NCBI GenBank assembly: GCA_965368975.1
Contig: CBDUPA010000012.1
Coordinates: forward strand, 83,540-147,539
Length of the DNA: 64,000 nt
From: an uncultured bacterium
GTDB lineage: Bacteria > Acidobacteriota > Thermoanaerobaculia > Multivoradales > JAHZIX01
Reading direction: 5' to 3'
Notes under the pieces: generated by a model
What the model was told of the DNA's origin: nothing
Database searches by the model: none
The model's input: only the letters and a program-made list of their open reading frames with translations
Translations under genes and position numbers: made by a program
In this document: one piece after another, positions 34,699 through 44,278 of the stretch
Layout of the letters: the number at the start of each line of letters is the position of its first letter
Numbering within the stretch: position 1 is the first letter of the stretch

Positions 34699-37464
34699 AT
34701 GGGGGACGGCTACCCCCGAGAGGCGGACTGCTGGCAGAGAGGGCCCCGCATCGCCCTCCTACGACTGGCGTTGCAACCCTGGCAGCGTCTGCAGGCTCTG
34801 CGCGCCGACGCGACCGTCGGGCACCTGGCCGTGGCCCGCCAGGCACAGGCCGAGCTCGACGCCCTCGTGCCGACGCTCGAGGCCGCACTGTTCACCGCCG
34901 CCGGTCCCAAGCGTCCCGCCGCCGGTCCCGTGGAGGCAGCGCGACGCCTGGCGTGCGTCGCGCTACGGCGGGCGGTGCACAATGGTCGGGAGTTGGACGC
35001 CTCGACACTCGGGAGCAGTGACCGCGACGGTGATCTGCAAGGGCAGCTGCAGCGATATAGCGAGCTGAAGGCTACTGTCGAGCGTGCCCGTGCCGCGGCG
35101 TTGCAGGCCTGCCAGGCCGAGTTGCCGCGGGCACGTCAGCACGTTCTCGACGCCAGCGCTGAACCGCTCCAGGCGGCGGCGCTAGCACTGGTCAGCCGAT
35201 CGCTGTTCCGCCGGCTGCAGCGTCTGCAGGCCGCAGCCGCACCCCATACTCAGGCCCGCGACGCCCAGACCCACGATACGCGTCACACCGTCGCCAAACT
35301 GCTCGCCTACCTCGACCGTGCCGCCAGCAAGACCAGCCCCAACGGCCTTTTCTGCGCCACCGCCGTCGCAACCTGGGGCGAGCGCCTGAACGTCCACCGC
35401 CTCGCTACGCCGCCGCGTGTCGATCTGCGCCTCAACGTCACCGAAGCGCGCAAACTCACCGCCCACCTCGGCTTCGGCCCGCAGATGGATGCCCTCGTGC
35501 GACCCCGTGTCACCACGACGCTGCATCGCCAATCCGCGGAGTCCGGCGAAGTCCTGACCTTCTGGCGCACAGCCTCGCTGCGTCGACCTGAGGACGACGA
35601 AGCTCTCCAGCGCCTGGGCGCACAGCCGATCGTCGACCTCTTCGTGCAACTGGCGGATGGTCGTCGCTCCGTTCCCGAACTCCTCCTGGCCGTCGCCAGC
35701 GCGGCGGCAGAGCACGGCATGGAAGTCAGCGTCGAGCAATTGGAGCCCTTCTTCCGCCAGCTCGTCGACGCCGGCCTGCTGCACGCCGAGATCGAGCTGC
35801 CGTACGGCTGCGGCCGCCCCCTGCGCGCGTTTGCGCATCGAGTTGAGGAACCGGCTGTCGACGGGGCCCCAAGGATTGCCGAGCTCGAAGCCATCGAAGC
35901 CGACCTCGACGCCGTCAACGCCACGCCCATCGAGGCCGCCGCTGCCGTCCGTCTGCCCGCCATCCTCGACGACCTGGCACGGCGTCTCGACGCCCAGGCA
36001 GCCACCCTGCCCGAACTGGCCCGGCCGCTCGTGCGCGATGAACTCTTCCGTCTCGACGCGGCCCTCGACGCGGCACCCGGTCGGCAAACCACCCTGCCGT
36101 GTCCCTGGCGCGACGCCCTGCAGCCCACCGTCGACGGCTACGCGCGCCTGTTCGCCTCGATGTACCCGTCGTCAAACTATCGTCAGCGCCTGGCGTCCGC
36201 CTTCCTGGAGCACTGGCCCGCGGACACCGACATCCCCCTGCTCGACCTCTACCATCACTTCCAACCACCACCCCCGGATTCCCGCGTACTCGACTTCCCG
36301 TGCCCGAGCAGCGATGTCGATAGCCAGCCGTACCAAGCCTGGCAGCAAGCCCGCGCCCTGCTCGTCGAGCTGGCCAGACAGGCCAGGGCGGCCGGGGAGC
36401 ACGAAGTCCGTCTCGACGACACCGCCTGGCATGCCTTGACGCATCCGCTTTCCGACCCAACCGGTCCTTCTGAGACGCTGAAGTGGACCGCCGGCGTTCT
36501 CTTCCAGCCCGTGCTCGCCAGTTCCGCGAACCGAAAGCAGCAGAACCGGCTCGTCCTCAACGCCCTCTTCTCGGGCACCGGCGTTGCCTTCGCCCGCTTT
36601 GCCGACCTGCACCCCGAAGTCGAGCCTGAGCTGCGCCGGCAACTCCGTGCCTCGGACTCTGCCGAAACCGCCCAAGTCCCCATCGTCGCCGAGCTGACCT
36701 ACAACCACTGGGGCCGCACCGCCAACGCCGGCCTGCGTCCACGACTCCACGAGTGGGAACTCGAACTCCCCGGTGACCGCGCCTCCGATGCTGGCTACGC
36801 CGCTGGCAAGGTCCTCACCCTCGCCGACCTCACCCTGCGCTACGACTCCACCGAGCAGCGCTTCCACCTGCGTCGCATCCAAGACGGTCGCCAGGTCCTC
36901 CCCGTTCTGTCGAGCGGCGTCAGCCCCGAAGGCCTGGTGGCGCTGCTGGTGGCGATCGGGCGTCAAGAGCAGCAGCCCCTTGGTCTGCTCCCCGGCTTCG
37001 CCTGGCCGGAAGAAGAGCTGGAACAAGACTTCCCAGACGGCGTTGAGACCTGGCCCCGCTTCGTCCGAGCTGTTTCTTCGGAGGCAGGCACTGACGAGAT
37101 CGACCTCGAAATCGTCCTCTGGCGCCGCCGCTGGCGCTTCCCCCGCGCCACCATTCCCAAACCCCCAAAGTCCCGCCCCGGCGACGACGCTGACCTCCAC
37201 CTCGCTACCTACTTCGCAGCCGTCGACACCTGGCGCCACCACCACCTCCTTCCTCGCCACATCTACCTCCACACCGCCACCGTCCGCAAGCCCACCCACG
37301 TCGATCTCGAATCCCCCCTCCACGTCGAGCTGCTGCGTCGACGCCTGGCGTCAGAGAAGGGAGATGTCTACGTCACCGAAGCGCTGCCGGGGCCAGAGGG
37401 TCTGTGGTGGGGCGGTGGAGACGAGCGCTCGAACGTCGAGGTGCTGGTGCAGTTGGGGGTGTGA
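34699..37464 (+). CDS. LanB-type dehydratase N-terminal (glutamyl-tRNA-dependent glutamylation) domain protein. It may be a split LanB or a PEARL-like peptide aminoacyl-tRNA ligase.
   Basis: 921 aa. Contains ...ASKTSPNGLFCATAV..., which matches the conserved [RK]-x-T-[PS]-x-G-L-F-[AS] motif of the Lant_dehydr_N domain. The size fits stand-alone glutamylation-domain enzymes. No elimination domain is fused. Confidence 0.55.
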   Translation: MGDGYPREADCWQRGPRIALLRLALQPWQRLQALRADATVGHLAVARQAQAELDALVPTLEAALFTAAGPKRPAAGPVEAARRLACVALRRAVHNGRELDASTLGSSDRDGDLQGQLQRYSELKATVERARAAALQACQAELPRARQHVLDASAEPLQAAALALVSRSLFRRLQRLQAAAAPHTQARDAQTHDTRHTVAKLLAYLDRAASKTSPNGLFCATAVATWGERLNVHRLATPPRVDLRLNVTEARKLTAHLGFGPQMDALVRPRVTTTLHRQSAESGEVLTFWRTASLRRPEDDEALQRLGAQPIVDLFVQLADGRRSVPELLLAVASAAAEHGMEVSVEQLEPFFRQLVDAGLLHAEIELPYGCGRPLRAFAHRVEEPAVDGAPRIAELEAIEADLDAVNATPIEAAAAVRLPAILDDLARRLDAQAATLPELARPLVRDELFRLDAALDAAPGRQTTLPCPWRDALQPTVDGYARLFASMYPSSNYRQRLASAFLEHWPADTDIPLLDLYHHFQPPPPDSRVLDFPCPSSDVDSQPYQAWQQARALLVELARQARAAGEHEVRLDDTAWHALTHPLSDPTGPSETLKWTAGVLFQPVLASSANRKQQNRLVLNALFSGTGVAFARFADLHPEVEPELRRQLRASDSAETAQVPIVAELTYNHWGRTANAGLRPRLHEWELELPGDRASDAGYAAGKVLTLADLTLRYDSTEQRFHLRRIQDGRQVLPVLSSGVSPEGLVALLVAIGRQEQQPLGLLPGFAWPEEELEQDFPDGVETWPRFVRAVSSEAGTDEIDLEIVLWRRRWRFPRATIPKPPKSRPGDDADLHLATYFAAVDTWRHHHLLPRHIYLHTATVRKPTHVDLESPLHVELLRRRLASEKGDVYVTEALPGPEGLWWGGGDERSNVEVLVQLGV

Positions 37465-37638
37465 GGGGGAGGTAGTTGCAGTCCAGGGCACTCGAGTCCT
37501 TGGTCTGCTTGACTGCGGTTTGCCGCGTACTAGATCAAGGGTTTCTTGTCTCTTTCGTAGTTGGGTAACGAGTGTCGCCGTCAATGAGTGACAGGGCAGC
37601 TCGAGTCACGAACCAGGTGACAAAAAGGGGATTGCATC

Positions 37639-40362
37639 GTGGTCGTATGTCTCTTGGAGACAGTCGTTCGAAGAGCAGTGACAGCTGCTGCGATTCTGAC
37701 GCTTGTCGTGGGACTGGGCTTACAGGCACAGTCAGGGTCTGCTAACGCCCCGAAAGGGGCCCAGTTTGTCTTCGTGATCGATGATTCTGGCAGCATGGGG
37801 CAGCCGGAACACGGGCTTACAGACCCCGATCGGCTGGCTGTGTTCGCGGTGCGTGCTCTACTGGGTGTGCTCGACGACCGGGACTGGGCGACAGTTGTTC
37901 GTCTCAATGGCCCTCGCGAGGGTGAAGATCCGCTATCGCTGGCGCCTTTGGGAGATGCGCACCGAACCCGGCTGATGGAGGTTCTGCAGCTGGACGCGGA
38001 ACTGGCGCGATATGAGGGGGAGTACACGCCTTGCCGAAGGGCTCTACAGGCCGTCAAGCGGATGCTCGAAGGGTCGGATAGGCAGAACATTTCCCAAGTC
38101 GTGATCTTCCTTTCGGATGGCAAGTGCACACCGGTAACGCAAGGGGAAGATCGTGTCCTTGACTTTGCTGAAGGTTTGCGCTCGGCTCAGGGAGAGAATC
38201 CGCGCCTTCAGTTCTACTTTCTGCGATTCGAAGGGCAAGAGTACACTCCGGGGCTGGAGCAGCTGGCCGAGAACACCGGAGGTTCGGCGATCGAGGTCCG
38301 ACAGGGGGATCCGACGCGGATCCTCTACACCTTTGCGCAAGCGCTGGCCCGCTCGCAGGGCTACGAACCTCTGATCCTCAGTCCGAGCGTGCGGCAGCTG
38401 CCGGCCTACCGGGGGGCCAACCGAGTCCGCTTGCTGGCAATTGCGCGCGGCGATCAGGGAGAGCCGTTGGCGGTGCGCGTCCGGCGTCGTCAAGGGGGCG
38501 GAGTCGATACGGTGCCGATCGAGCAGGGCACCCACAGATTCCCGGGGCAACAGGGGTATCGCTTCGCTTCGGTGCAGTATCGGCCGGTCGAGCAGCCGGT
38601 GGAGGTGGAGGTGGTCGGAGCCGGCGAGGATTGGGAGGTCGTTGCCTTGCCGGAATATCACCTGGCGGTCAACCTGGCCTTGCGTCGTGGTGGCTGTGAG
38701 GAGGAAGGCGAGACCCTGGGTGGCGTCACGCCAGCCGGAAGCGGATTGTGTGCGGTGATCGAGCTAGTCAATGAGGAAGGGCGCGTGGTGGGCAAGGAGG
38801 TGACCACCGGGCAGTTACAGGCTTCCTTGCGTCAGACAGTCCCGGGTGGTTCCGAGCCTCGGCTGATTTCGGCAACGGAAGCTTCCTCGGATCTCGCCAG
38901 CTTCCGCTTGGATATACAAGGGCTCGAGAGCGGTCACCACGAGTTTCAGGGGCAGGTCCAGTTGGGGACCCAGGTTGACGATCCCCGAGTTCTGACGGGC
39001 ACTGCGCGAACACTGCAAGCAGTAGATCTGGCGATCCGGCCGGTTCCGAGTGAGCTGCGACTCGATCCAATCCAGCCCGGTGAGGTCAGCCGTCAGAGCC
39101 TGGAGATCCATGGCAACTTCGCGCCGTCGGAAGCCGTGGTCTCCTTGGAAGAGGGAGAGAATCTGCCGAGCTGCGTGACCTTAAGCTTTGACGGCAAGGA
39201 GCTTGGAGAGACCATCTCGATTCGTCCAAAGCAGGGCTACTGGGTCGAATTTCGGGCGGCCAAAGCCTGCGGCGAGACGCAAGGTCGACAGGTCGATGCG
39301 CGCCTGCGCCTGGAGCTTGCGGGACTCGATTCGATTGCCATACCGGTAACCTTTCGCTTGGAGAACAACGCCCAACGCCGAGATCCGACAACAGTGGAAT
39401 TGCGGGCAGGTACGACGAGAGAGGTCGATGTAGCAATCCCCGCGGCCTGGAATTCTTTCGACGTACAAGCAACCGCCGCCGAGAATGCGCAGGGCGAAAC
39501 CTATGAGTTGCTGCGCGCTGAGATTCTGAGCGAGCCTCCGATTCCCTCTGAAGACGGTGAAGCCTCAGGTCGCCAGCGAGTCGAGGGATTGACCGCTGAA
39601 CAGGGACTGTCTCTGCAACTCGTAGCTTCGGGCTGTTGCAGGTCCGGGACCTACGCCCTCGATGTCTACCTGTGGCCCAAGGTCGGTGCCACGACCATCG
39701 TACCGCTGGTCGTCGAAGTCGAGGCCAGCTGGTGGACCTGCTACGGCTCTTGGGTGCTCGCGGGGACCATCGGTCTCTTGGCTGGCTTGCTGGTGTTCTA
39801 TGTCCTGAGCATGTTCAGTCATACCACCTTGCTCGACCGAGACCAGCTGAGCGCTCGTCTAGTGCCCTTACGCTGGCCTCGCCATCGCGGCGCACCGCAA
39901 CCCGCCAGCAATCGCAGTAGTGACCGAGAAGAGGTCGAAGACATTGTGCACAGTGAAGTCTCTAGCCTGCAGCGGGTGCGGAGCTGGCTACGAGCCAATC
40001 CCCTGGTCTTTGGCTCGCCTGGGCGAGAGTACAGAGAGACGGCCGAACTCTTTTTGACCACTGATCTCGGGCTAACCTCGATTTCCCTGGTATTGGAGCG
40101 GGATGTCGTCGACCGACTCCGGACGAGCGAGGAGATCGACACTTGGGAAGAGGGGAGGCTCTTCGCGCGCGCCGGCAATCCCGTCTCCTTCTTTGTCGTG
40201 CGCGGTCCGAGCAAGAAAGTTCAGCAGATGACTCCGGAAGGCTGGTTCGGCAAGGTCGATGACCTGACTGTCGAGCAGGTTTCCAAAGGACAAAGATTCA
40301 TTCGTCAGCTTTCCATCAAAGAGCGCAAAGAAGGCGCTGTGGCCGGGTGGGTTCTGGAATAG
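37639..40362 (+). CDS. Membrane-anchored von Willebrand factor A (vWA) domain protein.
   Basis: Signal peptide. vWA MIDAS FVFVIDDSGSMGQ (nt ~37781-37798). Large extracytoplasmic region. A single C-terminal TM helix (WWTCYGSWVLAGTIGLLAGLLVFYVLSMF) precedes a ~190-aa cytoplasmic tail. GTG start. Confidence 0.75.
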   Translation: MVVCLLETVVRRAVTAAAILTLVVGLGLQAQSGSANAPKGAQFVFVIDDSGSMGQPEHGLTDPDRLAVFAVRALLGVLDDRDWATVVRLNGPREGEDPLSLAPLGDAHRTRLMEVLQLDAELARYEGEYTPCRRALQAVKRMLEGSDRQNISQVVIFLSDGKCTPVTQGEDRVLDFAEGLRSAQGENPRLQFYFLRFEGQEYTPGLEQLAENTGGSAIEVRQGDPTRILYTFAQALARSQGYEPLILSPSVRQLPAYRGANRVRLLAIARGDQGEPLAVRVRRRQGGGVDTVPIEQGTHRFPGQQGYRFASVQYRPVEQPVEVEVVGAGEDWEVVALPEYHLAVNLALRRGGCEEEGETLGGVTPAGSGLCAVIELVNEEGRVVGKEVTTGQLQASLRQTVPGGSEPRLISATEASSDLASFRLDIQGLESGHHEFQGQVQLGTQVDDPRVLTGTARTLQAVDLAIRPVPSELRLDPIQPGEVSRQSLEIHGNFAPSEAVVSLEEGENLPSCVTLSFDGKELGETISIRPKQGYWVEFRAAKACGETQGRQVDARLRLELAGLDSIAIPVTFRLENNAQRRDPTTVELRAGTTREVDVAIPAAWNSFDVQATAAENAQGETYELLRAEILSEPPIPSEDGEASGRQRVEGLTAEQGLSLQLVASGCCRSGTYALDVYLWPKVGATTIVPLVVEVEASWWTCYGSWVLAGTIGLLAGLLVFYVLSMFSHTTLLDRDQLSARLVPLRWPRHRGAPQPASNRSSDREEVEDIVHSEVSSLQRVRSWLRANPLVFGSPGREYRETAELFLTTDLGLTSISLVLERDVVDRLRTSEEIDTWEEGRLFARAGNPVSFFVVRGPSKKVQQMTPEGWFGKVDDLTVEQVSKGQRFIRQLSIKERKEGAVAGWVLE

Positions 40363-40408
40363 AGCTCGAGGCCGGTCCGAAAACAAAAGCAAAATTGCGA
40401 GGTTGAAC

Positions 40409-43400
40409 ATGGCCAGAGATCGTAAGTTGATCGTCGAAGAACTCCTGACCAAGCCCAGCGGCGTGTGTCCGATGCTGTTCGTTGGTATGGGAGGAGCGGG
40501 TTGCAGGATGGTGGAGCGGATCGCCGGTCATCTCCGAGGTCGACCGGATTATAAAGAACGCTTCAAAGATCTGGTCAAGTTCGCCATGATCGACAGCAAT
40601 GTCAATGATCTGGAAGGGTATCGAGAAGTGGCCAATGCAACCTTCCTGATCAGTGACTTCGAGAAGGAGGAGTACGCCAATCTGGCCTCTGGCAAGAAGT
40701 TCCTGGAACCGCAGCAGTACTTTACACAGTGGGTGCCGTCGGACTATCGCTTCCGCTCCGGAGATACCTCGGGGGCTGGCCAGATTCGCATCGAATCTCG
40801 TCTGGGTGTTTACTACCAGATGAAGCACAAACAATTCGTGCCCAGATTCCGCAGTCTCTTGGAGAGTCTGAAGTCGCACGAGAACGGACATCGGAGGTTG
40901 GACTCCGACGAGATCCGGATCGTACTCTGCTATTCCGTCGCCGGCGGAACCGGCTCCGGTTGTCATCTGCCAGTGGCCTATATGTTGCGGGATCAGGCCG
41001 ACGACCTGGGCAAGCCGACTTTGATCGGTGTTGCGGTGTTGCCGGCGGTCTTCGAGGACAAGGTCGGCGTCAATAAGGATGGTGTTTTTGCCAACGGTTA
41101 TGCAGCTCTGAAGGAAACCGAGCATTTGATGAAGCTCGGTGCCCCGGATTCTCGGTTCTTTCCCGAGAAGGGGATCGAGTTTCACTACAACCCCGCCGAT
41201 GAATCGAAGCGAACGGTTCACGCGCGTCCCTTCGACTTCCTTTATCTGATCGACAAACCCGAGTCGTTCAGCGTTCCCGAGCCGGTGGATGCTGCGGCGG
41301 ACGGACTCTATCTGCAGTTCTTCTCGCCCCTCTACGGGGCCCAGCTCTCCGACTACGACAACTACACGCAGTACCAGAGGTTCTTGGTACCGGAAGACTT
41401 CGAAGAGGGAGGCATTCCGGGCTTCTCGACCTTCTATGGCTCCTACGGTTGCGCAGTGCTCCTGGTGCCGGTTCCCGGCCTGGTGGAGTATTGCAGCCAG
41501 GCTGCCGCCCTGGCGTTGATTCGGGCCAGCTTCATGGGGGATATCCCAGCGGATCCGATGTACGAGCCCTTGCGCATCGACAGCGACCGCTTCTATGAAG
41601 TCAAGGAGCGCGACGACGAGGATGCGCAGCTCTTCCAGGCTGCGGATATCCCCAGTCAGCCTCAGAAAGAGCGTCGCCGAAGGTTGTTCGATCGGCTTTT
41701 TGCCAAGCGGGTGCGCCTGCTGGCGGCGTGTGAGTACCGGGCTGACCGCGACGGCCGGTTCCGCGGCATCTTCCGGCACGGCCACTATCTCGGAACCATC
41801 CCGAAGCTCGACGGTAGCGCCGTCATGGACATGGAGCGGTTCGACGAAGAGGCCGAGCGCGAGCGCGAGCTGGTCGGTGGCAAGCTCAGCGTTTCGATCG
41901 GCGGCATCATCCTGCCCGCCTTGGTCGGACTGCCGGGGGACGACCCCGGACTCCTGCAACGGGCGCACCAAGCGATCAAGAACTTCAAGGTCGACAAGCC
42001 GCGTCGTGACATGCGGGTCAACGAACTACGAGCGCGCGGCGACGCGTGGCGGACGATGTTGAGGGATGAGGGGCGTCAACGCCTGCGCGATGGCTACAGC
42101 GATGGCACGGTGCAGGTGCCTGGCATGGAGAGCCTGGTGCAAATGGACTTCCTGCGCCGGGAGGCGGGAGAGGTCGAGCTGGCGGCCAAGCGCTACGCGG
42201 TGCTCTCTCTGCTCGACGCGGTGGATTGGGAACAAGCGCCGGAAGACGAGGCCGAGTCCAACTTCGATGTCCAGGAGAAGAAGCCCACGGCCAAGGCCGA
42301 CGATGCCTTGATCGAGCACGTAATCAACCAGGCTCGGGATCTGGCCTTCCGCGACATCCGCCGCGAGTTCCTGTCCCAATTGGGCGAGTTGCGCGAGGCG
42401 CTGGAGAGCATCGCCGACGAGATGCGGGAGCTGGAGCAGGGGTCGACCAACCTGGAGCGCGAGTACGGTCGTCGCCTGGAGCGCCTGCAGTTCCAGGGCG
42501 AGGAGTCGGCCAATCAGTACATCCTGGACGCCGAGGCGTTGCAAGGGGAAGACAATCGACGCTTCTGGGACTTCTACTTCGAGGACAAAATCGCAGCTCT
42601 GCCCGAGTTGTCGCTGAGCAATGCTCGCGTGCAACAAATCCTGAGTGACACCGTCATCGAGCTATCGCAGCGTACGGGCCGCAGCACGAGCACGTCACGC
42701 CTGGAGAAACTGTTCACCGCGTTGCGCAAGTATGCCCAGGACTTCCTCGACAAGCGGATCGGCGGTGATCGTCACTCACCGGACCTGGAACGTCGCGAAG
42801 GGTTGACGCTGTCGGATGCGCTGGAGCTGGAGATCACCTACCGAGCGCTCTATCGCAGCTACGCCGAAGCGATCCAGGGGCAGGGGGACAAGGTCATTCG
42901 TCGCATTCTCTCCGAATACCGCGCCCTGCCCGACGAGAAGCAGATCGATTTCGCGGAGCCCAAGCACCAGGACTATCTGCGCGACAAGATCAAGCGGGTA
43001 GTGCAGGAGAAGGCATCCCTGCTCTGTGTCTACAACCACTCACGCGATCAGCATGGTGGCGTGCGGCCAAACCATATCTTCCTGGCCGCGATTGATGAGA
43101 ACTTCAAGAACAGCAACATCGAACAGGCGCTGAAAGATGCCGACATCGATGATCTCAAGTGGGTGTCCGGCAGCTGGCACAACGCCAAAGAGATCGTCTT
43201 CTACCGCGCGGTGTTGAATGTTCCGCTTTACACCTTCGGTCGGCTCGACCAGATGAAGCACCACTATGAAAGCTTCCGCAGTCTGAGGCGGCGCTCGAAG
43301 GTGCTGCACATCGACAAGAACTGGGAGGGTGACCAGCTCTGTGACCTGGATCCGGGCACGCTCAAAGAAGTGCATCGTCAACTAACCGTGCGCGACCAGA

Positions 43401-44278
43401 TCATCAACTTCACCTCGCTGCTGAGCAGCAAGCATCCGCGCATCGATGAGAAGGGGGCTACCTGCATCTTGCGTCGGCGCGGGCGCTACTATCTGCTGGA
43501 TCCGACCCTCAGCAAGATACCCGATGAGCACGATCCTGGTTCGACCTTGTTGGGCGACGCCCTGGCCCGAGCCATCGAACGCTTGCCCGAGGTGCTCGAT
43601 GCCGAGCGCGTGAACTTCAGCGAGTACCGGGATTCGCTGCACGGTGTACGCAATGGCATGGCCCCGTGGCTGCTGGGCAAGATCTGCAGGTTACCTTTCC
43701 AGTGGCGCCTGCAATACGAAGATTTGAGCAACCACTATGGGCATCAGCGTTCGATCGAGCAGCAAGAGATTCTGCGTGATCTGAAAAACTCCTACGAGAA
43801 GCTCAATGAAGCGCTGGACTCTCTGCTCGCGGAACTGCGCAATCGTCGACTCGAGAGTCGGACCCGCAAGGAGGACTTCACGGTCTACGCTCGCCGCTTG
43901 ACCGCCCAGCAGGCCAAGGATGCACTGGATCAGAGCATCAAGGTGCTGGCCAACTACAGCGAGGCCTGGAGCAAGGTCGAGGACAGCTCGCAGGTCCCGG
44001 ATACCCCCGAGTCGTTCGTGGATCTCTTCCAGCCTCTGGACCATGGCAAGTTGCAGAGCATGCTCGACAAGTTGCACAAGCCGATCCTTGATGACGATGA
44101 TGACGATGAGGAAGGCGATGGCCCCGGCCCAGCCAAGCCCCCAGCGGAGCCGGTCAAGCGCCCAGCGGAGCCAGACAAGCCCTCAGCGGAGCCAGACAAA
44201 GACTCGGCGGAGCCAGACGAAGACTCTGCCACTGAAGAGCCTTCGGAACCAGATCCCACTGAAACCGAAGGGTCATGA
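40409..44278 (+). CDS. Large tubulin/FtsZ-superfamily GTPase (Tubulin_2 / FtsZl-1-like) with an acidic repetitive C-terminal tail.
   Basis: T1-loop-like GMGGAGCRMVE. Exact tubulin signature AGGTGSG (VAGGTGSGC, nt 40940-40960). 1289 aa. The C-terminus has repeats (P/S)AEPDK. No TM helix. Confidence 0.7.
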   Translation: MARDRKLIVEELLTKPSGVCPMLFVGMGGAGCRMVERIAGHLRGRPDYKERFKDLVKFAMIDSNVNDLEGYREVANATFLISDFEKEEYANLASGKKFLEPQQYFTQWVPSDYRFRSGDTSGAGQIRIESRLGVYYQMKHKQFVPRFRSLLESLKSHENGHRRLDSDEIRIVLCYSVAGGTGSGCHLPVAYMLRDQADDLGKPTLIGVAVLPAVFEDKVGVNKDGVFANGYAALKETEHLMKLGAPDSRFFPEKGIEFHYNPADESKRTVHARPFDFLYLIDKPESFSVPEPVDAAADGLYLQFFSPLYGAQLSDYDNYTQYQRFLVPEDFEEGGIPGFSTFYGSYGCAVLLVPVPGLVEYCSQAAALALIRASFMGDIPADPMYEPLRIDSDRFYEVKERDDEDAQLFQAADIPSQPQKERRRRLFDRLFAKRVRLLAACEYRADRDGRFRGIFRHGHYLGTIPKLDGSAVMDMERFDEEAERERELVGGKLSVSIGGIILPALVGLPGDDPGLLQRAHQAIKNFKVDKPRRDMRVNELRARGDAWRTMLRDEGRQRLRDGYSDGTVQVPGMESLVQMDFLRREAGEVELAAKRYAVLSLLDAVDWEQAPEDEAESNFDVQEKKPTAKADDALIEHVINQARDLAFRDIRREFLSQLGELREALESIADEMRELEQGSTNLEREYGRRLERLQFQGEESANQYILDAEALQGEDNRRFWDFYFEDKIAALPELSLSNARVQQILSDTVIELSQRTGRSTSTSRLEKLFTALRKYAQDFLDKRIGGDRHSPDLERREGLTLSDALELEITYRALYRSYAEAIQGQGDKVIRRILSEYRALPDEKQIDFAEPKHQDYLRDKIKRVVQEKASLLCVYNHSRDQHGGVRPNHIFLAAIDENFKNSNIEQALKDADIDDLKWVSGSWHNAKEIVFYRAVLNVPLYTFGRLDQMKHHYESFRSLRRRSKVLHIDKNWEGDQLCDLDPGTLKEVHRQLTVRDQIINFTSLLSSKHPRIDEKGATCILRRRGRYYLLDPTLSKIPDEHDPGSTLLGDALARAIERLPEVLDAERVNFSEYRDSLHGVRNGMAPWLLGKICRLPFQWRLQYEDLSNHYGHQRSIEQQEILRDLKNSYEKLNEALDSLLAELRNRRLESRTRKEDFTVYARRLTAQQAKDALDQSIKVLANYSEAWSKVEDSSQVPDTPESFVDLFQPLDHGKLQSMLDKLHKPILDDDDDDEEGDGPGPAKPPAEPVKRPAEPDKPSAEPDKDSAEPDEDSATEEPSEPDPTETEGS

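Noticed and set aside
35182-37323. Several 250-380-aa minus-strand ORFs inside the LanB-like gene.
   Set aside because: Low-complexity antisense frames. The plus-strand frame carries the TPxGLF motif and a tight operon context.
44100-44260. Tandem ~21-bp repeats, considered as a possible CRISPR or other array.
   Set aside because: The repeats are in-frame, imperfect and coding (acidic tail). There are no spacer/repeat alternations.
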